Shown one piece after another: positions 10,950 to 23,066 of a stretch of DNA of 64,000 nt. Each line of letters opens with the position of its first letter. The stretch's first letter is position 1. The notes beneath the pieces were generated by a model. The model was given only the letters and a program-made list of their open reading frames with translations. It made no database searches and had not been told where the DNA came from. Source of the stretch: Raillietiella orientalis (lineage: Eukaryota); contig JAYWIR010000009.1 in the NCBI GenBank assembly GCA_036172245.1, forward strand, positions 248,001 to 312,000, read 5' to 3'. A program made the translations under genes and the position numbers.

Positions 10950-13850
10950 ATCGGTCCAGTGGGAGCGAACAAGGGACAGGGAGACGCCTAAAAGCTCGGT
11001 CTCGAGTCGTCCTGGCCCTTCAGGACTGCTCTGAAGTCCAGCCGCGGGCAGAAAGAGGTCGTTCTGCCACGGGGCAGGGACAGGCGGGAGCGGCCACCAT
11101 CCCGACCTCATTCCAGGCGCTCGTCCACTTCCTGACCACCCTGCCAGTCTCCGTCATGGCCGTGAGGGACCCTCGTGAGGGCAGGCGAAGGGGTTTCCCA
11201 GAAGGGGGGGTGGTTTCCGGGAGACATGGCACGGTCTCCTGTCCTTGCCCTGGGAGTGGCGATCGCCGTGAGCGTGCCTCCCCCTCTCGCTCTGGAGGCA
11301 CGAGCATCACCCCCTTCTCCCAGACGCTTCTGGGAGGTATCCACTTCAAGAAGATCCTTTGGGTCATTCCCTCTACGCGGGCTCTCCAGAGGCCGTCGCC
11401 ATGCCTATGCAGACCGCAATGCCGCATCCCGGGAGTGCCTCAACTCACTGGGCGGAACGCACGGGCTGGACGACAGCCGTCGGGAGGGGACGCCAGAGAT
11501 CCCAACTCCAGCCCTCCCTCGCTGCTCCTTTCCGTTATCCCGGAGGTCACGTTCTGCGCCTGCTTACGGTCTCCCCTTCCCCCCCTTTCGCCATCCCTGG
11601 AGGGGGTCGAATGGAGCCTCCCCTGCCCCGAAGGCACGCTGGAACTCCCCCTGGGTCGCAGTCCTACCAGCCGTGGGGAGCAGGCAGAGAGCTCGCGAGA
11701 GCCACAGGCCGCTTTTGGAGGACTCCTGGGGCGATCCTAGCAGTAGCCGAGCCGCAGACACTTGCGGCCACTTTGGGGTCCCGGTATGGCTTCCCATACG
11801 TTGCGGAGGTGGGGAAGGTGTGGTCACTTCGATGCGGCGCCGTGTGGAGACCCCTGAAGGCTCCCTCGCAGACAAAGTGAGCCTAGAGGAGGGCCGAAAG
11901 CGCTTCCTTTTGAGGAATGGGCGGTGGGAGGGCTCCACGAAGAGGAAAGTGGGCGACGAGGGCACCCTCAGGACAGGCAAAGGAAAGCGAGTAGCAGAGA
12001 GTTTCCAGGAACGCTCGTCCAGACCCCTTTCGCCACGGGAATGAGATTAGGATGGCCTGGAGGACCCGCAGTCCCTCTCTCAAGCCTGACCTTCACTCTT
12101 GTGCACGAACCAAGGACAGCAGCGTGCGCCCCCGGAAGGGATCAGTGAAGTCCCGTCTTGGTCTGCTGCACACTCCTGCCCTCTGCTGCAGACGGCGGCC
12201 CTTCCATGGGCCGGATGGCTCAGCCCTCGACAAGGAGAGGCACGTAGCCGCCACCGCCGCCGCTGCAATGACCTCTCCTTCTCTTCCTCCCCCTCGCGCC
12301 GCACACCTTTGCGGATTGCGAGGGGCTCTGACCACTTCTTTGGTCTCCCGGCAACGGTCGCGCTCCACGCGCCTGTGGCTGAAAGGCTGGATCCTTGGAG
12401 GCTGTTTCCGCTGAGCTCCAGCCCGCCTGCGATCCGGGAGATCATGTCGTCTCCTGGGAACCCGACCGACCGCCTGAAGACCCGCCTGCCACCACCGACC
12501 CTGGGTCGAATCGCTTCCGGTCGACATCCCAAAGGTGCCGTTGCCGGGGGACCGTCCTCTTCCTAGGGGACCCACCAGCCGCGGCTTCGTGGACCTCTGC
12601 GTCCACCCAGCTCCTTCCTGCCTCGGTTTGATGCCCCCGTGGTGGGTGGGCCGTCTACTCGCCCTCTCTCCTTCCGTGGTTGAGGGTGCCCGGTAAGAGC
12701 TCCGGAGGGCGCTCCTCGGATTCCAGCCACCCAGGAAGGGGGACTTCCCGACCTCGTCCCATGCTGGGTGGGTGGCAGAAGCAAAGTAGAGGAGAAGATG
12801 TCAGGGGGAGGTGCCTTGAAGGTGACGGTCTGCTTCTCTCTCCCTGGATTGTCTCCCGTGAGAAGGGGGCGCGCGTCGCCCTCTTCTGTCGCTCCGTGGC
12901 GTCGGTGGGGATGGAAAAACTTCCTCCTCTCCCCTCACTCCACCGCCTCCGCCGTCTTCTGGAAAGCAGTCCACCCGTCGAATGGGCTGACTGCTTTCGC
13001 GGACTTCCACGGGCGCCGGAAGCTCCAAGCGCTCCGGAAGCTGTGGCAATGAGAGGCAGACGGCGCGCTGCAACCGCAGCAGCAGGCGCCTGTCGCCAGC
13101 AGCCGAAGCACCCCCCACACGTGTGGGCAGGAATGCGTGGGGAGGGTTTCCCCAGCAGTCCCATGCTCCAAAGAGCAAAGGGAAGCAGTGCGGGCGGGCG
13201 GCAGAGTGGGTAGAAGTTTGCGCACGTGCCGCTAGATGTCTGCCGCACTCACAGCTGGCTGTGCTGCCTCGTCGCCTTCGAGACGCGAGCGCCGGGTCGC
13301 TCCCAGGGAACCCTGGGCTCAGGTTGTATAGAGGCAGAAACAAATCATTCCTCAACCCCTCCCCGAACCATCCTTAGCCCTCAGATCATTCCTTCTCCTA
13401 TGAGAGCGCACCCGCAAGTGGACGCTAAGGGAGACGGCAGTGAGGACTCAACACGAGAGCCCAGTCCGCTTCCCACCCTAACAACGCTGTAGGGGAGCAG
13501 GAGACCCAGCGCCTCGCCTCGCCCTTGCTCCGCTGTCCCCCTGCACTAGAAAGGGAGTAGGAGGGTAGGATTCTATTCTTTCCCAGGACATCAGCCGACT
13601 GGCTCCTGTATTCGCAGCACATGGGGGAGGAGCGCTTCCCGAGGAGGGCCCACGGAATCGGATCGCTTCCTTCTCCTTCCGGGAAAGGGAGGAGCATCGG
13701 TCTGAGACGTCAGGCATCGCCGGCGCCGCTACCACTTTCGAGAAGAGCAGTACCTGGCCACGAAGAGGGACTCCCGCAGTCCCCCACAGGGATGAAATTC
13801 CTCCTCCAGAGACCCAGAGGAGGGACTTCGACCCCACGGCACGGAGGAAT
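10950..13850 (-). mobile_element. Degenerate L1/Tx1-like non-LTR retrotransposon ORF2 (APE endonuclease plus start of RT)
   Basis: On minus: FLVQGDSG (GDFN-like, about 13540), RNDLFLPLYNL...GSDP (RID/SDH-like, about 13300), then WIPPRSVWEKGVMLVPPEREGEARSRRSPL (pre-RT PxSWxxGxIxLIPK..RPI-like, about 11300). Correct order and plausible spacing. Confidence 0.45.
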
Positions 13851-13959
13851 CTGCGTCCAACTTTCCTACAGAGCTCTCTCGTGGAGTCTCCTGCAATCTA
13901 GCGCCGATAGGCGGTGCAGGGTAGCGTTCCGCGAGTGTCCTTTGGTGCTGTGGATATTA

Positions 13960-14100
13960 CCACCTCCCTTCCTCTTCTTCCTTTTCCTTCTTTTCCCTCC
14001 CTTCTTCCTCCTTTCTTCCTCCTCTTTCCAATTCTGTCTTCTGCTTCTGTTCTTCTTCTTCCCCTTCTCCTCCTCCTCTTTGCCTCCATCCCCCTTGCTC
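13960..14100. repeat. Polypyrimidine (CT-rich) low-complexity tract
   Basis: Almost exclusively C/T on the plus strand. Confidence 0.8.
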
Positions 14101-14839
14101 TTGCAGTGACCTCAGAGAAAACATCAATGTGCGCGAGCCACCGTCCTCGTTGTCGGTGCATCTCTTGGACGACCACTGGGGGCCGCAGGCGCCGTCCCTC
14201 ACGAAGGACACCTGCAGCATTCGACTCCTTGGGTGCGCGGGAACACTGGATTTTCCGGCCGTGTCTGCTCAGCTCACGCTCTTGGGAGTAGACCCCAGGA
14301 GGTCCTCTCGTCCCCCATGGGAACCCCAGAGCGGGAAGCGGTGCCCCTCGTCGCAGAGGGCGGCTGAGGCGCCGGTTCCTGGCAGGTGGGAGAAGGTGCT
14401 CGGGTGAGTACTCGCGGGCGCCCCAAGTGCCTCCCGGAAAGACTCCCACAGCAAAGGAATGCATGGAGAGTGAAAGAACATCTCACGTGGACGGCAGCCG
14501 TTCCTGCAAACGCGCACCTTAAGGAGAGTCTCCGAGGAAGGTGCATCCCTGCTCTCGCGACAGGGGAGGCTCACAGTGGAGGGCATGGGCGGAAGTGGGC
14601 GCACGCCTTCCGGCCCACAGCCGATGCCGCAGAAGTCGCTTTGCGCCCCGTCATCCCGGGGTACTTGCAGCCAAGGAGGAGAAGGGCTGGCGTCGAGGGC
14701 GCCTTCCGGGAGCGGTTTAGCGGCGGCGTGGCGCCAGTCGAGGAGGGCGAGCCGCCCGGCAAGATGCGCGCCGGCCTAGCAACGGAGATGCCTCGCATTT
14801 TTTGCCGTCCGTCCGCGGTGACCGGGTCAGCGGCGCGGC

Positions 14840-15260
14840 AATCAGGCGGGCCGTCTTTATGGACCTCGCAAATGATGAGTTTTCGCCGTCACGTCGCCCG
14901 CGCGCGCCCGCCCTCCCACCGGAGGCGGGCGCGACGCGCTCTTTTACGACACGCGCCCTCCGAGAGGATCTTCCGGGCATCAAAACAGCGCCGCGCGCTG
15001 CGTGCGTGCGTGCGCGCGCGCGCGAGTGAGGAGCGGGCGAGAGGAGCGGACGTTCGAGAGCGCGTGCGCGTGTTTTCTCCTTCCACCCCCTCCCCCTTCT
15101 TCTTCCGCCCCGGGCCTTATCAGATGCTGCTGCCTCTCCGAGACCGGACAACTCCGACCCCGACGTCTCCTTCTTTATGGCCGTTTTTTATGTTTTGTTT
15201 TGGGCCTCTCGTGATGACGGGATGAAAACAACGCGGTCCGGGGACGCGCCGTTCCCACGC
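14840..15260. promoter_or_regulatory. Candidate enhancer between drm and odd
   Basis: TTTATGG twice, TTTTATG, TTTTACGA (Caudal/posterior-Hox type), and Su(H) site TTCCCACG at 15252-15259, inside a CpG island flanked by TE relics. Confidence 0.3.
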
Positions 15261-15899
15261 CCCGCCCGTCACCTCTCGGCCGCGGCCCTCCGCCGGCGAG
15301 GCGTCGCGCGCGCCTCCCCGCGTCGCGCAGCAACTGCGAGCCAGAGGAGCGACCCGGCCTGAGGGCTGCTGCCCCGGGAAACGGAGAGCGTGGAGGGGGA
15401 GGGGAAGTCGGCGGGACCTTTGGTCCGGCCACGCCTTCCGGGACTGTTGTCCAGGGGGAGCATCCGCGAGAGGTGACCCTCGGGGAGAGCACGGAGTCCT
15501 GGAGCAGCTGCCCTGCTGTCTGAGCCGAAGTCCACGGGAGCCAACCGCCAGCTTCTGCAGAAGGGTCGGGAGGCAACCCACGCCTGACCCCTTTAGGACC
15601 CGGAGGACCCGGAGTAGCGATGCGGTGGACGGATGGAAGGTCTTCTGGGGCTCCCGGAGTCGCCGACCGTGTCCGGGGGGAGGGAGGAGGCGAATCATTC
15701 CGTAGGCCTCGGGTTTGTCTAGGGTCAAGGGAGCCGGTCGCGCCGGATTCCGCAGGGCGACGTTAGTCGCCCGTTTCCCGCTCCTCCCCTCGTCACCCTC
15801 CTCCTGGGATCCAAGGAGGGTCCCACCAGCGTGAACTTCGCGAGCGCCGCCGTCATTCCCCGCAGGCGACGCAGGCACCCTTCCAGGAATACGTGGCGG

Positions 15900-17650
15900 A
15901 GGTCCCCGTTTCCTCAGAGACGGGAGACGGGAGGTTGATCTGTTCCTCACTCCCGTTGTCTCCCTCGGTCCTGCCCTCTGATATCGCCCTAGCCGAGAGG
16001 ACCCGAAGCCACGCGGATCACCGAAGAGCGTCGGCGGAGCAGGGGAGACTAAAGCTCGTCTCCGAGGGCAGCGGGACTGGCTGGAGGGGGCTGCCATCCC
16101 GGAGGTCATCATGAAAAAGAACTGTCCAGACGGTTTGCTGCAGAACCCTCAGAAGACTCCTCGTCCGAGATGAAAGGGAGAGAAGGAGGCATAACGGTCG
16201 TTCCCAGGTGCTCGGAGCGCCTTCTTGCCCCGGGCTCCGAGGAGGACAGGTTCGACCCCCGGAATTGAAGAACCCTTCTGGGGGTGCAACTCTTGCGCGA
16301 CCACGATTCACTCTTTCCTGGAGACCCCGGCCCGTTGACCTACGCGCCGACGGTGACTCCAGTCCGTATGCTGTTCCAGCCGAAGGGGGCGAGGGTGACC
16401 CGCGAGGAGTGAGGCTGGAGGGCGAGGTGCCAGACGAGGAGGAGGTGAAAGGGAGAGAAGAAGAACAAGAGCCTAGGTTCATATGTCCTCCATCTACCAA
16501 GTGTTGGTTTCCAAGACGATGCCCGAGTTCCCCGAGAGCCAGGTCGCCAGCCGATGCCGCCAGGGGCGCTGCGGAGAAACCTCGCGCCTACGAGACGTTT
16601 TTCAGGCACGGATGGAGAGGGCAGGCGTTAGCTTTGCGAAGTGTCCCGGGGGCCGGAAGGCCCTCACAATCCTCTCTCAGGAGCATCTCGAGGGCTGGTC
16701 GTGGGCCCCACGCGACGGCGGGGCCCGCTGGCAGCGCGCCAAGCGGACCACCGGCAGCGGCCGCGCCCGAGGCGTCCGCGCGGACCTGCAGCGACACCTC
16801 GCGGGCTCGCGAGCGCGTGCCACCGATCACCCCGTGCGCTCCCGCTTCCGCCTTCCCGTCCGGAGACGTGCGGGGCGATGCAGGAGACGGAGGAGAGGAG
16901 CAGAGTTGCCCCCTTCTGCCACCGAGCTCAGCGACCGCGGAGGACCCCCGAAATCCCCCGAGGAGCGCGGGTCATGAGCGCGCCACGCAGCTTCCGGATT
17001 TTCCGGCGGAGAGAACTCTCCCGCCCCACTGCCCACCCACGCTGCCCCGTGGGCGATCCATCGCCTGCTGATTGGTCACCCACGGGGCGGTGTGGGCAAC
17101 CTGCCAAAGCAGGGCGGCACGTGTGGATCCAAGCAGGAGTGGAAAGGATAGGCTCGGTCGAGGGCAGCGGAACTCTGCGGGGGTGCCCTGTGGAGCCCCC
17201 GCAGAGCCTCCAGACCTCCTTGTCCGCCACGGAAACGGGGGCCACCGGCCAGCTGCGAAAAGCAGTCATGGTGCTCTCCGGCATGGACCTGAGGAAGCGC
17301 CAACTGCGAGGGCGAAGGCGGTGGCCCTCTTGGGGCCTCTAGGGGTCGTCCGAAAGCAGTCCCCTGGCACGCCCTGTGAGAGCGCGCGGTCTTCTTGAAC
17401 TTCTCGATGTCACCCTGCTCGCTTCTCTCCCTTCTGGAGCCTGCAGGGGCGTGCCCAGGGTCTTCGCGCACCAGCGATGCTTCCTGGTCGCCACCGCCGC
17501 TTGGAAGAGCCCGACCAGACGACTGCGTCGCCTCCATCGGTCCCAGTGGTTGCCGCAGTCACGTGAGGGTTGCGTGCTCTCCGGGGGCATCGCCCAGGTC
17601 CTCCGTCTCGCGGCGAGCGCCGTCGGTTCGGAGGGTCTCCTGACGCCACG
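15900..17650 (+). mobile_element. Degenerate non-LTR retrotransposon RT relic
   Basis: KGREEEQEPRFICPPSTK (PK...RPISL-like), DLQRHL..ATDH (DxxxAFDxVxH-like) and QSCPLLPP (QGCPLSP-like) in order. Confidence 0.28.
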
Positions 17651-19339
17651 ACAGCGCGGATGGCAGAGTGGCCCAGCCTAGAGTCCGGAAAGGAGCCCCC
17701 CGCAACTGGTCCGTCTCGACTAGCCCGTCCACGTGGACGAGAGCCGATCCACGCTGACTGTGTGGGTTTCTGCATGCAGTTCGCGTGGAAGGGCCATGCA
17801 GCGAACGCCCACGCGAAGCGGCGCTCCACACGCCCACGCGGATCCAGGAGGCACCGTGGATCCGCGGGGACGCGCGGCACCTCAGGGAGCAAGCGGCAGC
17901 GTGGAGCTTCGGCGCTCTCCGCGCCCCGCTGAGGACGAACGGGCCGCTTCTTCGTCTTTCAGATCTTCTGCCACGGGGTCAGGCCTGGGGGGAGAGGGCG
18001 AAAGAACTCGCCCCGGGCAGCCTCCTCAGGAGATGCAGGCGGCTGCCGTGGCAACGAGGAGCGCGGCTTTCCGGTCCAGGACGAGGAGCCGCGAGGTCGA
18101 CGCTCGCACCCCCTGCGGCGGCTTCCTGGCCGGCCGGCCGCCGCCCACGAGCGGCCGGCTGCGCCACCGCCTCGTAATCCCCTAATCACGACCCAGCAAA
18201 GCCCGCACAGACCCCGCTAATCCCCACTGAGCGTGGGTCGTCGATCTCCGGAGCTCTCTGGGCCCGCGGCGAGGTGCTGCCTCTCGCATCCGCTATTCCC
18301 GTGAGGGCCGCCCTTGAGGACGGTCCGCCCCAACAACGGATCCTGGAGGCTCGGCCCGGAGACTCCAGAAGTCATCGGGGTCAGCGGGCCCTTGGGTCGC
18401 AGGGAAGTCGTGAGAAGTCCACAAGGTCAGAGCCCTTCGTGTCGAGGAGGGGGCGGAATTGGCTGGACCACCCCCTCCTAGGCACTCGACAGATCGAACA
18501 GGCACTGGAGTCGCCCGTCGGTGGTGCGCGAAGCGCCCCTGGGTAGTCCCCCTTCCCGTTGGCACCCTTGGGAGTGGGTGTCCCTCCTCGAAGGCAGGTC
18601 CCGGGTCCCCCCTCCGATTAGCGTAGCGGGAGGAGGTAGCGTCTGCTTTGCTGCCCTTTTGGTGGGCTCGGGTGTACCCACCATAAGGGCGAGGAAGAGC
18701 GACTGGATGTGGCGTTTCCCTCGAGTTCCGGAGGGTCGGACGGCTTCAGAAGCCGAGGGACCACACCTGACTTGCGCTGAACACCACTTCGCCGTGGCGC
18801 GGCGTTCAGGTGGGTTCACATCTCCTTTTTTCCTTCCCATTGGTTCCTACCCCTTCCTCTAGTATGCGCCCTGAGTACAGGACACGTCTGGAGACGCGAG
18901 ATGCCACACAAGGGGGAGCCAGTTCTCGGTCTCTGGGCACCAACTTCTCTTCTAAGCGTGCCTCGGCTCCCATCCCTTGCCACTTTCCCGAACCCCTTTC
19001 TTGGTTCTCCCGTCTCCCCTTAACGGCCCGTTCCCCAACCCGGTCGTGGTGCGCCTCGAGCCCGACAGCAATCGGGCTCGCCACCACGTGTTCTGGGGCG
19101 TCCTCAAGGCACATCGCGGATGGAGCGAGGAAATGGCAAGGACTGCGGCGGCGCGCCCACATGGCTCTTCCGTTCTGGCGTCAGGACCCGCATTCTCCGC
19201 CATCCAGCTACCGCGCCCAGCCGCTACGAGCAGGCAGTCGAGGAGCACGCCCGGTCCACAGTCGCGGGCGCAGGTGTCAGCGGCGCCTTCGGAGAACCAC
19301 GGTCATGCCTTGGCCGCGACCTCTCTGGTAAGCTGGGAT

Positions 19340-19540
19340 GGGAAGCAGCAGCAACGGAACTGCTTCAGGGAGGAAGCACCGGTGGTGCAGCAGCGGCACA
19401 AGAGCAGTAGAGGTGGCTGCGGCAATGGCTGGAGATAAACAGCGGTAGCAGCAGCAGTTGCAGAAGAGCAGCAGCAGTGACTGAGGCAGAATAGCAGTGC
19501 AGCAGTGGCTACAGTAGTGGCAAGAGAGAAGCAGCGATGG
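19340..19540. repeat. Degenerate (CAG/GCA)n microsatellite
   Basis: Interrupted runs of GCAGCAGCA/AGCAGT. Confidence 0.6.
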
Positions 19541-20350
19541 GGATGGCGGAGTGTCTGCGGTGGTGTGGTGCGAGTGGTCGCAGCCCGCAGTCCGTTCCTC
19601 GAGGCTGCGACGTGGTGTTGACGTGCCCGGCCGCCTGCAGCGTTACCTACCGGGCGTTGGAACGCATGGTGACACCTGGTCCGTCTGCGACAGGGGGTCT
19701 CCTGCGTCCTTTCGGAGGCCGCCGTCGGCGCACAGGTGCTCGGGAGGTGGCTGACCGTCGTCGGCAGCGCGGGTGGTGACAGCGCGGACGGGCGTCTCCA
19801 CTTCCCCAGAGCGTTTCCACGGGCTCGTGGGATAGGCGGGCGAAGGCGCGAGGAGGAAGGACGTGGTGTGCCTGGGAGGGGCGGTGGGGAGGTCTGCGAG
19901 CTCTCTCACGCTCCGGGGGCGGCCCGGCCGAGGTCTCTCGCCTTCAGCGCCCTCCGCCACGGTACGCGTTGCGCCCGCCGGATGGCCACTCTCCTCCCCT
20001 CCCCCTGCGGTCCTACATGCCGTCTCTCGGCCCCCCCGCTGCCGAGAAGAATGGCCGCCGTGCGCGCATTCTCGCGGCGCTCCCTGGAACGCCGTCCCGC
20101 GGCGACGCCGGTGCTCGCTCGCCCCCAGCTGCGGTGCGGGCGGAAGAGCGGCAGCTGGAGGCGAGAGATGGGGGTCCTGGAGGGTCGCCCTGTCTTCCTA
20201 CTCCGTGCGCAGGGGTCTCTGGAAGGACGAGAGGCGAAGGGCTGGCTTGCTGACTGTATGTCGACCTGGAAGGGGTGAAAGATGGGACTCTGCTCCATGC
20301 GTGCGTGCGTGAGCGTGCGTGTGTGTGTGTTTTCTTTTTTCTGTTTTTCT

Positions 20351-20356
20351 TTTATT
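20351..20356 (-). terminator. Polyadenylation signal of the drm-like gene
   Basis: AATAAA on minus, about 190 nt after the TAA stop. Confidence 0.5.
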
Positions 20357-20542
20357 CGATCAAGCAGCTTGGCTGGAGCCATCCAAGACACGAAAGCAAA
20401 CGGATATCACAGACGGCTTTTGCGGCGGCCGCGGGGCGACTCCTGGCGGCGGCCGGGGGTCTCCTGCGTGTCACGGGCGTGCGCGCGCGAGCGCCCCGAA
20501 CTGGCGCGAGGGACCCCGTCGTGGCGGGGCGGCGTTGGCTTC

Positions 20543-21045
20543 TTAGGCGGGGTGGCTCAATCTGGAAGGACAGGAAGAAGGCGTTCAGGTTCCTTGGCGA
20601 GGGAAGGGAAGGAGGCACCGCCCCCCATCCACCCCATCCTGCCGGCCATGGACTCCTCCCGCCGCGGCGGCCCTTTCTCCGCGCAGCTCCCGGCCGCCCG
20701 CCGCAACGTCCTCTGCCAACAGGAAGGAACCCACGGCGACGAGCGGAACCGGTGGCGGCGGCCGGCATTGGGGAGGAAAGGAGGGGGTCCCGAGAAGGCG
20801 CGCGCCCCTACTCACTGGTGCTCCTTCAGGTGTTCCGGCAGGACGAAGGTCTTCCCGCAGACATCGCAGCGGAAGGATGGGCTCTCCCTGTGGGTCCTCT
20901 CGTGGATGAGGAGGTTATAGGGCTTCACGAAATGCCTCTGGCAGAACCTGCACCAGAAGTCCTTCGACTTGGACCGCGACTTCTTGATGTTAAAGGAAAA
21001 GATGCTTCCTGTCAGGTCTTCGTACTCTTCGGTGAGGATCACCAT
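20543..21045 (-). CDS. drm: Drumstick-like two-finger odd-skipped family protein; exons 21045-20816 and 20561-20543, 82 aa
   Basis: [77 protein letters not shown]^LSHPA*. Finger 1 carries the Drm-type KPYNL (Odd/Sob/Bowl have KSYNL), with a divergent linker and finger 2, and a size close to Drm. ATG in GCCATGG context; donor CA|GTGAGT; acceptor CTTCTTCCTGTCCTTCCAG; same phase-2 intron position as odd. Confidence 0.85.
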
Positions 21046-21329
21046 GGCAACCTCTTTACTCGCGCTGCTGCTGCTGATGGGCGTACGAGGGGCAACTTCA
21101 CGGAACGCAACTGACCGGGGAGCGGACGCGAACTCTTTGACATCAGCTACCTTTCTGGACCGCTGATGAATGCCCGAGGCATTAAAAGTCACTCCCACAC
21201 GGACGCATGCAGATCAGTCAAAATAACGTTCAAATTGGTCCACGGAGGCGTGTTCTCTCATCTTTCCCTCTCCCGCTTTCATGGTTCCTCACTGCTCGGC
21301 GCCTCCTTTTCCGTGTCTCTCTTTATACT

Positions 21330-21500
21330 TCTGGCGCATGCGCGTCGCGTCCCATTCGCGAAGAATGCGAAAAAACGCGCAGCGCGAGACCGGCATTCCT
21401 ATCGGCGCTCTCCCTCCGAGCTGGAGCCACCGCCTCATTGGTAGATCGCCGAATGAGGAAGCGCCGGCTCTCTGCATCTCGCAAGTAATTGGCTGGGTGA
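21330..21500 (-). promoter_or_regulatory. Probable proximal promoter of drm
   Basis: GCGCATGCGC (NRF1/Ewg type) at 21334-21343 and two minus-strand CCAAT boxes (ATTGG near 21438 and 21488). Confidence 0.35.
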
Positions 21501-22911
21501 ATGCGCTGCGCTCTTGTGAAAGCAGCCGGACCGTTTCCCTCCCTCTCCCCTCCCCCCCTCCTCCTCCTTTCCTCCCTCCCTCTCCCCCCCCCCCCACGCG
21601 CGCGCGTTCCGGACTGCATCAGTTGCGTTTGCGCTCCGGACGGATGCGGAGCTGCCGGCGAGCACGGTGCGAGGTTGCTCCGCGCGCGCGCCACAGAGAC
21701 CCGTGCTGGCTCGGCAGCGTCCGACGCCAACAGCCCCCGCCCGCTGCCGCCACCTCCCTCGTTGGCGCGTGGCGCCCGATGATCCCCTCTCCCTCCGAAA
21801 CCCCAAGCAAACCTCCTTCTCGGCTGCACGGGACGCCGAAGATTGTTCCGGACTGGGAGCGGAGCAGGCACGGGAGGGGAAGAAGAGGGAGGAAGGTACC
21901 TCGCAGTAGACGCACTCAATAAAGCACTGTTCCTTCTCCGTTTCGTTTTTCGTTTCTCACTCTTCCTCCCCCTTCCCCTTCCCCCTTTTCCACATACGGG
22001 AAGCGAGGAGGATGCAGTGCTCGCCCTCCGAAACGAGTGTGCGCGCGGCACTCGGCAGTATCTCGCGACGCGTGTAAACACGGACGGAGCCATGGCAACG
22101 GCCGGTTCAAAGCCAGCAACAATCACTGTCGAGCGTCTCCTACCCCACTCGGATAGGGGAGGGCCGCTCCGACGCGGCTGCGAGGGTTTTCAAGGAGGGA
22201 CACAGAGGCCCCCTCAGCACCACCAAGCTTTCTACGAATGTCGAGAATAAGGGAGAGGAAGGGGGGGGGGGACGTCGGAGTGCCCAGCACAGGATGACAC
22301 GGAGCAGGAATCGAGAGCAGGAGGGCGGCTGCGAAGTTGCTTTCTTTCGTCTTCCCAGTTTGGTCCGACGTGATGCAACGCGGGCCACTGACGCAGCTCA
22401 ATTCTGGAAAATCTCCGCGGGTGTCGCAAGTCGTGAAATTTGAAGGCAGAGAGGGGGTGTGCGGGGGGAAGGGGGGGGGGGGATGGGATGGGATAGATGT
22501 CGCGAGCGAGCGCTTCACCACCTCGGCCATTCTTTCTTTCCCGGAACGTCGGAGAGCGAAAACGGTGGGTGTTTCGCCGCCTCCTCCTCTACCGCACCAC
22601 CACCACCTTCGAGACTGCCGCCAGTTGCCGGAAACACCGGATCCTCGCCGCGACCCCGAACGTGCCAGCAGCACCGGGGCTCCTCCGAAGCCCTGGGCGG
22701 CGATTGTTGCTCTCTGTTAACCGAAACCCAAATACTGGCTCCGCGCCCGGGAACCCGGTTCCGTTCGTGCTAATTGATCGCCGGTAAATTTACGACGCGT
22801 TCCGGTGAAGAGGAAGAGGAGCCTCCACGCGACAATAAAAACCGGGAACGCTCGCTCCCAGCACCGGCTCTCTAATAATCGTCCTTTATTGTTGGACGAG
22901 AGCGGTCAAAA

Positions 22912-23066
22912 GTAAACAGCTGCTTAGGAAACCGGCTCCTCGGCAACCCGATTGTTAAACAAACAAGGTTCAAGGTAAACAATCGCCGATCGTATCGGTT
23001 TCCCTTAACGATTCCCATTGTTAAACAAACAAAAACGCAAAGTAAACAATCGCCGATAACGTATCG
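22912..23066. promoter_or_regulatory. Duplicated Forkhead-site cluster upstream of drm
   Basis: Two imperfect copies of ATTGTTAAACAAACAA-N7/8-GTAAACAATCGCCGAT..CGTATCG (22951-22997 and 23017-23066), plus GTAAACA at 22912. Confidence 0.5.

Noticed and set aside
21046..21198. N-terminal extension of the drm-like ORF shown in the ORF track
   Set aside because: It starts at GTG; the first in-frame ATG (21045) has a strong context and gives a Drm-sized protein.
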